Positions 26,573-37,570 of a stretch of DNA of 64,000 nt are shown here, piece by piece (position 1 is the stretch's first letter; each line of letters begins with the position of its first letter). The stretch is taken from the NCBI GenBank assembly GCA_038087875.1, contig CM075994.1, positions 8,682,001 through 8,746,000 of the forward strand, in the 5' to 3' direction. Both the position numbers and the translations under genes were made by a program. The notes under the pieces were generated by a model. That model made no database searches. It saw nothing but the letters and a program-made list of their open reading frames with translations, and was not told the origin of the DNA. This DNA comes from Malacoraja senta (taxonomy: Eukaryota).

Positions 26573-28619
26573 CTGTTGGTGCAGGCAAAACATTATTGGA
26601 TTCTGCTTTCAAATCACAAAGCAAGGGTCGTGTTTAGCCAACAACATAGACTAGGGAGCTGTGGACAAAATACAACAGCATTAATGTGCAGGAAGGAACT
26701 GCGGATGCTGGCTTGAAACCGAAGACGCAGAAAGCTGGAGTAACTCAGCGGGTCAGGCAGCATCTCCGCAGAGAAGGATGATTCACAATTCAATTTAATT
26801 GTCACATGTACCAATTAAGGTACAGCGTTTCGGGTCGAGCCCCATCATCAGATGGAAAAGTCAGGGAAAAGGAAGCGAGAGATATAGATGATGATGTAGA
26901 GATTTAGTTACGTTTAGTTTAGAGATACAGCGCGGAAACAGGCCATTCGTCCCACCGGTTCCACGCCGACCAGCGATCCCCGCGCATGGAACTCTCTGCC
27001 TCAGAGGGCGGTGGAGGCCGGTTCTCTGGATACTTTCAAGTGAGAGCTAGATAGGGCTCTTAAAGATAGCAGAGTCAGGGGATATGGGAGAAAGCAGGAA
27101 CGGGGTACTGATTGGGGATGATCAACCATGATCACATTGAATGGCGGCACTGGCTCGAAGGACCAAATGGCCTACTCCTGCACCTATTGTCTATTAAAAC
27201 ACTATCCTATACACACCAGGGACAGTTTTTACATTTTTTTACCAAGCCAATTAGGTTAATTCTTGATCACATGAATTAACCTACAAACCTGTACACAAGT
27301 CTTTGGAGTGCGGGGGGAAACCCGAAGATCTTGGAGAAAACCCACGCAGGTCACGGGGAGAAGGTACAAACTCCGTACAGACAAGCACCCGTAGTTGGGA
27401 TCGAACCCTGGTCTCCGGCGCTGCATTCGCTGTGAGGCAGCAACTCTACCGCTGCGCCACCGTGACCGCCAACGGTGGAATGAAAGATAGGCAAGAAGAA
27501 ACGATGATCAGGGAAAGCTGGAGCCCACAATGGTCCATTGTGTCTGTGACGAAGGTGCACTAACTTGCTTAAGAAACTGTAAGGGCACAGCTTGGCTTCT
27601 CCAATAGAAATTAGGATTAAAAGGGCAGTTTAATTTGTTGTCACTTCCACCACACTGCAACTGCATTTCTTGGTCACACGAGTACACACAGTAATGATGA
27701 ATACAATAAATACAACAGCGAGGGCGAAACAGCGGAATGGTGCAAGATCTCGTGCAAAAGAATAATAAAGCTGAATAACCGAACGATCAGAAGTCATACG
27801 CTCATGTGATAGCAGCAGAATTAGGCCATTCGGCCCATCAAGTCTACTCCGCCATTCAATCATGGCTGATCTATCTCTCCCTCCTAACCCCATTCTCCAG
27901 CCTTCCTCCCCCCGTAACCTCTGACACCCGTACCAATCAAAAATTAATCTAACTCTGCCGTAAAAATATCCACTGACTTGGCCTCCACAGCCTTCTGTGG
28001 CAAAGAATTCCACAGATTCACCACCGAATGATCGAACGGGCCGAATGGCCTAATTCTGCCCCAATGTCTTGTGTGGAAGTGCAATTTCCCTTCTCAATGC
28101 AGGGAAGGCTAAGAATAAGGGTTGGCTATTTAGAACGGAGATGAGGAAAACTTCACCCAGAGAGTTGTGAATCTGTGGAATTCTCTGGATGCTTTCAAGA
28201 GAGTGTTAGATAGGGCTCTTAAAGATAGTGGAGTCAAGGGATATGGGGACAAGGCAGGAACGGGGTACTGATTGTGACGATCAGCCATGATCACAGTGAA
28301 TGGCGGTGCTGGCTGGAAGAGCTGAATGGCCTACTCCTGGCACCTATTGTCTATTCAAGCTGCTTGAAAATGAGCCAGGGTTTCTGTGAGAATATACTCC
28401 ACCAGCAGGTGTGCTAATCCACTGTAGTAACAAATGCTCTCTCCAAAAGCAGGAGGAACACTGCCTCACTCTTGCAGAGAGTTCATCATCTAACCACACA
28501 CAGTAACAGTGTGGCAAGAGTTTTATTCCCGGCCTCTTCCCAATTGTGTGGTTGTACTGGTCAGTAGTCAGCTGCACCACCCCAGCAAAATTGGCCCCAG
28601 TGAGTGTAGGATAGTGTTA

Positions 28620-29406
28620 AAGAAGGAACTGCAGATGCTGGAAAATCGAAGGTACACAAAAATGCTGGAGAAACTCAGCGGGTGCAGCAGCATCTATGGA
28701 GCGCAGGAAATAGGCAACGTTTCGGGCCGAAACCCTTCTTCAGACTGATAGGGGGTGGGGAGAAGAAAGGAAAAAAGGAAAAAAAGGCAGAGGAGGAGCC
28801 CGAGGGCTGGGGGAGGGGAGAAGACAACCAGAGGGCTGATGAAGGGGAGGGGACAGCAAGGGCTAGCAGAGTTGGGAGAATTCAATGTTCATGCCAGCAG
28901 GGTGTAGACTGCCCAAGCGGAATATGAGGTGCATTTCCTCCAATATCCGGTGTTGCTCGCTGTGGCCATGGATGGAGACCCAGGACAGAGAGGTCAGATA
29001 CGGAATGGGAGGGGGAGTTGAAGTGCTGAGCCACCGGGAGGTCAGGTAGGTTATTGCGGACCGACCGGAGGTGTTCGGCGAAACGATCGCCAAGCCTCCG
29101 CTTGGTCTCACCAATGTAGATCAGCTGGCATCTAGAGCAGCGGATGCAATAGATGAGTTTGGAGGAGATGCACGTGAACCTGTCGCACCTGGAACGCTGC
29201 TTGGGTCCTTGAATGGAATCGAGGGGGGAGGTGAACGGATAAGTGTTGCATCTCTTGCGGTTGCAAGTACCCGGGAGGGGGTGGTACGGGAGGGATAGTG
29301 TAGGATAGTGTTAGACAAAAGTGCTGGAGAAACTCAGCGGGTGCAGCAGCATCTATGGAGCGAGGGAAATAGGCAACGTTTTGGGGCGAAACCCTTCTTT
29401 AGACCT
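28620..29406 (-). mobile_element. Two successive Penelope-like insertions inside an HE1 SINE
   Basis: GIY-YIG tail peptides in ORF 28863..29114; host motif GGATAGTGTTA present three times (about 28609, 29303, 29407). Confidence 0.8.
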
Positions 29407-30355
29407 GGATAGTGTTAATGTGCGGGGATCGCTGGTCGGCGCGGACCCGGTGGGCCAAAAGGCCCCGTTTCCGCGCTGTATCTCTAAACTAAACTAAACA
29501 GGAAAGAACAGTGCAGGCAACTGTAAAGTGAGCAGGGAAGGGAAAAGGGAGCAGGAAGCAGCAAACAGACAGGTACACAAGGTGAAAAGCCTGTGAGGTG
29601 GAGAGCAGATGAAGGTGGCAATGTACAAGCATTGAGAGGAGGAGGAGCCAAAGTGATAGAGTAACTCAGCGGGTCAGGCAGCATCTCTGGTGAACATGGA
29701 TAGGTGACGTTTTGGGTCTGGACCTTCTTCAAACTGAAGGGCACCGACCCAATCCATGTACTCCAGAGTTTGTGGGAAGGAACTGCAGATGCTGGTTTAA
29801 ACCGAAAAAAGACACAAAATGCTGGAGTACCTCAGCGGGACAGGCAGCATCTCTGGAGAGAAGGAATGGGTGATGTTTTGGGTCGAGACCCTTCTTCAGA
29901 CTCAAGTGTCTCATCTTGTGCCTATCTTCAGTCAAGACAAATCCAATCTGAAGAAGGGTCTCGACCTGAAACGTCACCCATTCCTTCTCTCCAGAGATGC
30001 TGCGCCACCCGCTGAGTTTCTCCAGCATTTTGTGTCTACCTCCAATCTATTCAAGGCCAGTTTAGTCAAGAAGTCAGTTCACTAGCAAGAAAGACTTGGA
30101 ACTGGTGAAGCAAAGAGAACACACTACACTTGTTCAATTAGATTGGAGATAGGAGGGAGACGAGGAGGAATTTATTTCGAAGATAGACACAAAATGCTGG
30201 AGTAACTCAGTGGGACAGCAGCATCTCTGGAGAGAAGGAATGAGTGACGTTTAGGGCGGGGATCCTCTTTCAACAATGTTGCCTGACCCGCTGAGTAACA
30301 CCAGCACCTGCGAATCTACATTCTCCTACCTAACCCAAATCAAGAAGCCCTTTTA

Positions 30356-31418
30356 AGCCCCTGTCCCACTTAGGAGACATAAACAGCAACCTCTGGTGAC
30401 CTTGCCCGCCACCCAAAAAAAATTCAAGGGTGAGGTAACCTGCAACCTCCTACCACCTCCCACGCATATGTTGAAAACCTTCCTCCACTATGAAGAAAAC
30501 CGGCTTCGACTAGATCTGCGACTAAAAAATGATCGATTTTTTAAACGGCGACACTGTAAAGTAAACAATGCCCAGTCCATCATCGAGGGGATCTATCGCA
30601 GTCGCTGCCTCAAAAACACTGACAGCATCATCAAGGATGCACACCATCCTGGCCACACACTCATCTCCCCGCTGCCTTCAGGTAGAAGGTACAGGAGCCT
30701 GAAATCTGCAACATCCAGGTTCAGGAATAGCACCTTCCCCACAGCCATCAGGCTATTATACTCAACTCAAACAAAACTCTGAACATTAATAGCCCATTGC
30801 ACTTTATCTGCTTATTTATGTGTGCATATATATATTTAATAGTATATGGACACACTGATCTGTTCTGTATTTATTTATGCCTACTATATTCTGTTGTGCT
30901 GAAGCAAAGCAAGAATTTCATTGTCCTATCTGGGACACATGACAATAAACTCTCTTGAATCTTAAATCTACACTCTCTACCTCGAGTGACACACGTGACT
31001 GCTGCGATATAGAATAAGATAGACACAAAATGCTGGATGGAGTAACTCAGGAAGATAAGGGATGATCTCATAGAGGTGCACAAAATCATGGGAGGAATGG
31101 ATCGGGTAGACGCACAGTCTCTTGCCCAGAAGAAGGGAATCGAGAACCAGAGGACATAGGTTGAGGGTGAAGGGATGGGGGGGGGGGGAAGATTTTATAG
31201 GAACACGAGGGGTTAACTTTTTCACCTATTTTTAGTCGAGGCCGGCTTTAATCATGATGAAAAAATAGCAGCAACCGAGATGAAGCCTCGACCACGCGGA
31301 AACCACTTTCCACCATTAGGGAGAGTGACCAAAACCTCCGGTGACCTCATGGAAACCTTGGGTGGCGGGCAAGGTCACCAGAGGTTGCTGTTTAGGTCTC
31401 CTAAGTGGGACAGGGGCT
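30356..31418. mobile_element. PIF/Harbinger-type MITE containing about 660 bp of foreign sequence
   Basis: TIR AGCCCCTGTCCCACTTAGGAGAC / GTCTCCTAAGTGGGACAGGGGCT, TSD TTA on both sides; interior ~30560-31225 matches ~34880-35572. Confidence 0.85.
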
Positions 31419-31439
31419 TTAGGATGCAATGCAAGGGGG

Positions 31440-31960
31440 AGGAATTTGAGGAAGGACATTCTTGCTATTGAGGGAGTGCAGCGTAGGTTTACAAGGTTAA
31501 TTCCCGGGATGGCGGGACTGTCATATGCTGAGAGAATGGAGCAGCTGGGCTTGTACACTCTGGAGTTTAGAAGGATGAGAGGGTATCTCATTGAAACATA
31601 TAAGATGGTTAAGGGTTTGGACACGCTAGAGGCAGGAAACTTGTTCCCGACGTTGGGGGAGTCCAGAACCAGGGGCCAAACAGTTTAAGAATAAGGGGTA
31701 AGCCATTTAGAACGGAGACGAGGAAACACTTTTTCACACAGAGAGTGGTGAGTCTGTGGAATTCTCTGCCTCAGTGGGCAGTGGAGGCCGGTTCTCTGCA
31801 TACTTTCAAGAGAGAGCTAGATAGGGCTCTTGAAGATAGCGGAATCAGGGGATATGGGGAGAAGGCAGGAACGGGGTACTGATTGGGGATGATCAGCCAT
31901 GATCACATTGAGTGGCTGGCTCAAAGGGCCGACTGTCCTACTCCTGCACCTATTGTCTAT
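31440..31960 (+). mobile_element. CR1 LINE 3' fragment
   Basis: [32 protein letters not shown]; same young subfamily as about 17385-17765(-), 33535-34122(+), 35650-36120(-), 38540-39090(-), 40840-41480(+), 42360-43065(-), 47380-48220(-), 49630-49990(+), 52865-53265(+), 54350-54735(-), 62855-63302(+). Confidence 0.9.
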
Positions 31961-32047
31961 TGAGAGAGTGGGCAGGAAGTGGAGATTACCTCCGAGATTT
32001 GTTGTGAGACAGTGTTGGCATTGCATTCATGCAGTGAAATACTCAAC

Positions 32048-32219
32048 CTGAGAGGGTAGCGGATGGGGCCACCGAGGCCACCGGTATTGCCGGGATGGAG
32101 GTGATGAAGGAGTGGTAGCCGCCGGTCATCTCGGGCATGTCCGCGTTGGTCACGCCCGCAGCAACCTCCTTCTCCGTGATGCTCGGCGACTTCTCCCAAG
32201 CTTTGCGAGCAGATTCCAT
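32048..32219 (-). CDS. PRRC2A: PRRC2-family exon: MESARKAWEKSPSITEKEVAAGVTNADMPEMTGGYHSFITSIPAIPVASVAPSATLS
   Basis: cacag/gttgag, 172 bp, phase 0->1; MESARKAWExSP and PVASVxP are hallmark PRRC2B/C motifs. Confidence 0.93.
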
Positions 32220-34266
32220 CTGTGGACCAGAGAACGACAGGCTAAATACACGGAGAGCCAGGCCAAACGCAACTTGAAGGGGCGGCACCTCTTACGTCAC
32301 GTTCACAAGTCATAGCAGTGGGATTACGCCATTCGGCCCATCCAGTCCACTCCGCCATTCAATCACGACTGATACTTTCAAGAGAGAGCTAGATAGGCCT
32401 CTTTAAGATAGCAAAGTCATGAGGATATGGGGAAAAGGCAGGAACGGGGTACTGAATGGGGAGGATCAGCCATGATCACATTGAATGGCGGTGCTGGCTC
32501 AAAGGGCCGAATGGCCTCCTCCTGCACCTATTGTCTATTGTCTACATCTCTGCCTCTTAATCCCATTTTCCCATAACCTGTTCTAATCAAGAATTTGTCT
32601 ATCTCTGCCTTAAAAATAACCACTGCCTTGGCCTCCACAGCCGTCTGTGGCAATGAGTTCCACAGATTAAATATCCTCTGACTAAAGAAGTTCCTCCTCA
32701 CCTCCTTTCTAAATGAGCGCCCTTTAATTTTGAGGTAGACAAAAATGCTGGAGAAACTCAGCGGGTGAGGCAGCATCTATGGAGCGAAGGAATAGGTGAC
32801 GTTTCGGGTCGAGTCTGAAGAAGGGTCTCGACCTGAAACGTCACCTATTCCTTCGCTCCATAGATGCTGCCTCACCCGCTGAGTTTCTCCAGCATTTTTG
32901 CTTACAACCCAATGGTATGAATATTGAAGGAAAGCTGGAGTAACTCAGTGGGTCAGACAGCATCTCTAGAGGAAAATAGGTGACATTTCGGGTCAAGTCA
33001 ATTTTCTTCACACCCTTTGATATTGATTTCTCTAACAAGTAATCTTTACTTTCCCTCTCTCTCCATCCCTCCCCAACCCTAGTTCTCCAACTGGTTTTAC
33101 TGTCCTCCTGATTCATTTTACCGATTGTATGCCTCTTTATCACCGTCCCCATCGCTAACAACGTTCCATTCTACATTTCCTTGATCGTCCACATCTGTCA
33201 TTTTCACACCTTACCCTTCCATAGCTCTAGTCTGCTTCTCCTCAGTCTTCTCGTCTCAGACTGAAAGGTCTCAACCTGAGATGTCACCCATTCCTTCTCT
33301 TGCATAGATGCTGCTTGACCCGTTGAGTTACTCCAGCATTTTGTGTCTATCTTCGATGTGAACCAGCATCTGCAATTCCTTCCTACATAGCTAAATACAC
33401 TTGTGAAATCAGCGACATGTGTAAATTCACACTTGCGTGAACAATCCTGTACTCAGTCTGTCATGTAATGAAGGCACTTTGTAATTTTCACAACACTTCA
33501 GTTTTGTTTATTGTCAAGTGCACAGAGATACAGTTGTTTCTGCAGTTGTACAGAGCCCTAGTGAGACCACACCTGGAGTATTGTGTGCAGTTTTGGTCTC
33601 CAAATTTGAGAAAGGACATTCTTGCTATTGAGGGAGTGCAGCGTAGGTTCACCAGGTTAATTCCCGGGATGGCGGGATTGTCATATGCTGAGAGAATGGA
33701 GCGGCTGGGCTTGTATACTCTGGAATTTAGAAGGATGAGAGGGATCCAATTGAAACATAAGATTATTAAGGGTTTGGACACGCTAGAAGCAGGAAACATG
33801 TTCCCGATGTTGGGGGAGTCCAGAACCAGGGGCCACACATTTTAAGAATAAGGGGTAAGCCATTTAGAACGGAGACGAGGAAACACTTTTTCACACAGAG
33901 ATTTGTGAGTGTGGAATTCTCTGCCTCAGAGGGCGGTGGAGGCCGGTTCTCTGGATACTTTCAAGAGAGAGCTAGATAGGGCTCTTAAAGATAGCGGAGT
34001 CAGGGGATATGGGGAGAAGGCAGAAACGTGGTACTGATTGGGGATGATCAGCCATGATCACAGTGAATGGCGGTGCTGGCTCGAAGTGCCGAATGGCCTA
34101 CTCCTGCACCTATTGTCTATTGTCACGGGGAGAGCGTACAAACCGCACAGACAGCACCCATAGTCAGGATCGAACCCGGATCTCTTGCGCCGCGAGGCAG
34201 CAACTCGACCGCTGCGCCATTGCGCCACCCAAACAGCAGAAATGAACAACAAATCGCAAGTCCTAC

Positions 34267-34368
34267 CTTAAGAGTCAATTCATTTCCGGGAAGAGATGCA
34301 GGAGCCATCTCGCTCTCCTGTGGTGGGGCTTCAATGGTGGCCACTGCGAGTGGGGGAGCTAAAGGCAC
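34267..34368 (-). CDS. PRRC2A: PRRC2-family exon: VPLAPPLAVATIEAPPQESEMAPASLPGNELTLK
   Basis: tccag/gtagga, 102 bp, phase 0->0; ends LTLK, giving the family junction LTLK|MESARK. Confidence 0.88.
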
Positions 34369-34447
34369 CTGGAAAGGAGTACAATACAAAAACTTCAACA
34401 CATCCCGTGTCTGTTCAAATAGTGAGCTGATGAACACAACATTTCCA

Positions 34448-35300
34448 ACTACTGTTGTGGGACATTTCACTGATGGAGATGAGTCAGAGTACAGAAGTGA
34501 GATCGACCGATTGACCAAATGGTGCCAGCACAATAACCTGGCTCTCAACACCAGCAAAACCAAGGAACTGATTGTGGACTTTGGAAGTGGTATGATGGGG
34601 ACCCACAGTCCCGTTTATATCAACAGGTCGATGGTGGAGAAGGTCAAATTCCTGGGCGTGCATAATTCTGAAGATCTCTCCTGGTCCGAGAACACTGATG
34701 CAATTATAAAGTAAGCACGTCAGCGCCTCTACTTCCTGAGAAGATTACGGAGAGTCGGTTTGTCAAGGAGGACTCTCTCGAACTTCTACAGGTGCACAGT
34801 AGAGAGCATGCTGACCGGTTGCAACGTGGCTTGGTTCGGCAACTCGAGCGCCCAGGAGCGGAAAAGTCTGCAAAAAGTTGTAAACACTGCCCAGTCCATC
34901 ATCGGCTCTGACCTCCCTACCATCGAGGGGATCTATCGCAGTCGTTGCCTCAAAAAGGCTGCCAGCATCATCAAGGACCCACACCATCCTGGCCACACAT
35001 TCATCTCTCCGCTGCCTTCAGGTAGAAGGTACAGGAGCCTGAAATCTGCAACATCCAGGTTCAGGAATAGCTACTTCCCCACAGCCATCAGGCTATTAAA
35101 CACAACATCAAACAAACTCTGAACATTAATAGCCTATTGCACTTTATCTGCTTATTTATGTGTGTATATATATATATTTGTTAGTATATGGACACACTGA
35201 TCTGTTCTGTATTTATTTATACCTACTATATTCTGTTGTGCTGAAGCAAAGCAAGAATTTCATTGTCCTATCTGGGACACATGACAATAAACTCTCTTGA
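34448..35300 (+). mobile_element. Rex1/Babar-type LINE 3' fragment (second subfamily)
   Basis: WCQHNNLALNTSKTKELIVDF...YRCTVESMLTGCNVAWFG...LPSGRRYR. Confidence 0.85.
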
Positions 35301-36714
35301 ATCTTAAATCTACACTCTATACCTCGAGTGACACACGTGACTGCTGCGATATAGAATAAGATAGACACAAAATGCTGGATGGAGTAACTCAGGAAGATAA
35401 GGGATGATCTCATAAAGGTGCACAAAATCATGAGAGGAATGGATCGGGTAGACGCACAGTCCCTAGCCCAGAAGAAGGGAATCGAGAACCAGAGGACATG
35501 GGTTGAGGGTGAGGAAGGGGGGGGGGGGGGGAAGAAAGATTTTATAGGAACACGAGGGGTTAACTTTTTCACACAGGTGGGTGCATGGAACGAGCTGCCG
35601 GAGGTGGTAGTTGAGGCTGGGACTATCCCAACGTTTAAGAAACAGTTAGACAATAGACAATAGACAATAGGTGCAGGAGGAGGCCATTTGGCCCTTCGAG
35701 TCAGCACTGCCATTCAATGTGATCATGGCTGATCATCCCCAATCAGTACCCCGTTCCTGCCTTCTCCCCATATCCCCTGACTCCGCTATTTTTAAGAGCT
35801 CTATCTATCTCTCTCTTGAAAGCATCCAGAGAACCTGCCTCCACTGCCCTCTGAGTCAGAGAATTCCACAGACTCACCACTCTCTGTGAGAAAAAGTGTT
35901 TCCTCGTCTCAGTTCTAAATGGCTTACTCCTTATTCTTAAACTGTGGCCCCTGGTTCTGGACTCCCCCAACATCGGGAACATGTTTCCTGCCTCAAGCGT
36001 GTCCAAGCCTTTAACAATCTTATATGTTTCAATGAGATGCCCTCATCCTTCTAAACTCCAGAGTGTACAAGCCCATCCGCTCCATTCTCTCAGCATACGA
36101 CAGTCCCACCATCCCGGGTACAATCAATACCGGAGACAGGTACATGGAGAGGACAGATTTGGAGGGATATGGACCAAACGCAGGCAGGTGGGACCAGTGC
36201 AGATGGGACATGTTGGTCTTGGAGAATGTGGAGTGCAGGGGAGAGATAAGACTTTGCCTTCCATCACAGTGAGGAGGAGATTCACTGTGATGGATGTTGG
36301 TGTAAATTGTGTTGTGTCTTGGTTCTTTTTCCTTGTTTGTATGACTGCAGAAACAGAATTTCGTTTGAACTTATGTTCAAATGACAACAAATAAAAATCT
36401 ATCTATCTTGGGCAAAATTGGGTTGAGGAACCTGTTTTCGCCGCTGTATGACCAACCCAGCTAAACACTGATGGAGCGGCACAATGGGGCAGCAGTAGAG
36501 CTGCCTCACAGCTCCATAGACCTGGGTTCAATCCTGACTACGGACGCTGTCGGCCCATGTTTTCCAGAGACACTGCCTCGATCGGCTGAGTTACTCCGGC
36601 GCTTTGTCCCTTTCGTTGTGAACCAGCATCTGTAGTTCCTTATTTCTACTTTCTTGCATTAAGCCTTGTATTGTTAAGCTCTGAACTGGAAGGCAAGGGC
36701 AGCGATCAAATGTA

Positions 36715-36925
36715 CAGTGCCCAACACCATGTTTGGGTCAAAGACCCATCATTTATTTATTTGCCTCTGTACGCCAGTTTGAGATTTGTAAAATATTTTT
36801 AAAAATCACATGTGGTTAAAGTGCCCATTGTCAGGTGTTATTAAAGGCCATTTTTATACATTTTGGTGTACAGAGGCAAATAAATAAATGACGGGTCTTT
36901 GTCCCAAACATTATGGAGGGCACTG
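36715..36925. mobile_element. Internally deleted Tc1 derivative (MITE), same family as 2023-3496
   Basis: Starts TA|CAGTGCCC..., ends ...GGAGGGCACTG; about 55-bp inverted arms match the Tc1 right end at 3440-3496. Confidence 0.8.
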
Positions 36926-37129
36926 CAGTTCCTTTTTGTGCGGCCTCAGGCAGAGTTAAGGCTCTGTTGTCCATTTGGACTCATTCATCAAAGCTCACCG
37001 AATTGCTTCTTCAAGAGGCGGCACGGTGGCGCAGCGGTAGAGTTGCTGCTTTACACTGCTTGCAGAGCCAGAGACCCAGGTTCAATCCCGACTAAGGGTG
37101 CTGTCTGCACGGATTTTGTACGTTCTCCC

Positions 37130-37570
37130 TGGGATGGAGGGACTGTCATACGAGTAAAGATTGAAAAGACTAGGCTTGTATTCACTGGAGTTTAGAAGGA
37201 TGAGGGGGGGGGGGAGGGATCTTATAGAAACATATAAAATTATAAAAGGACTGGACAAGCTAGATGCCGGAAAAATGTTCCCAGTTTTGGGCGAGTCCAG
37301 AACCAGGGGCCACAGTGTTAGAATAAAGGGGAGGCCATTTAAGACTGAGGTGAGAAAAAAAGTTTTCACCCAGAGAGTTGTGAATTTGTGGAATTCCCTG
37401 CCACAGAGGGCAGTGGAGGCCAAATCACTGGATGGATTTAAGAGAGAGTTAAATAGAGCTCTAGGGGCTAGTGGAATCAAGGGATATAGGGAGAAGGCAG
37501 GCACGGGTTATTGATTGGGGACGATCAGCCATGATCACAATGAATGCCTCCTCCTGCACCTATTTTCTAT
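37130..37570 (+). mobile_element. CR1 LINE 3' fragment (subfamily shared with 7670-8135 and 57045-57760)
   Basis: ORF 37161..37514 CR1 RT C-terminus. Confidence 0.88.

Noticed and set aside
28380..28495. Box C-like ATGATGA on the minus strand (candidate C/D snoRNA)
   Set aside because: No box D (CTGA) at a suitable distance and no terminal stem.
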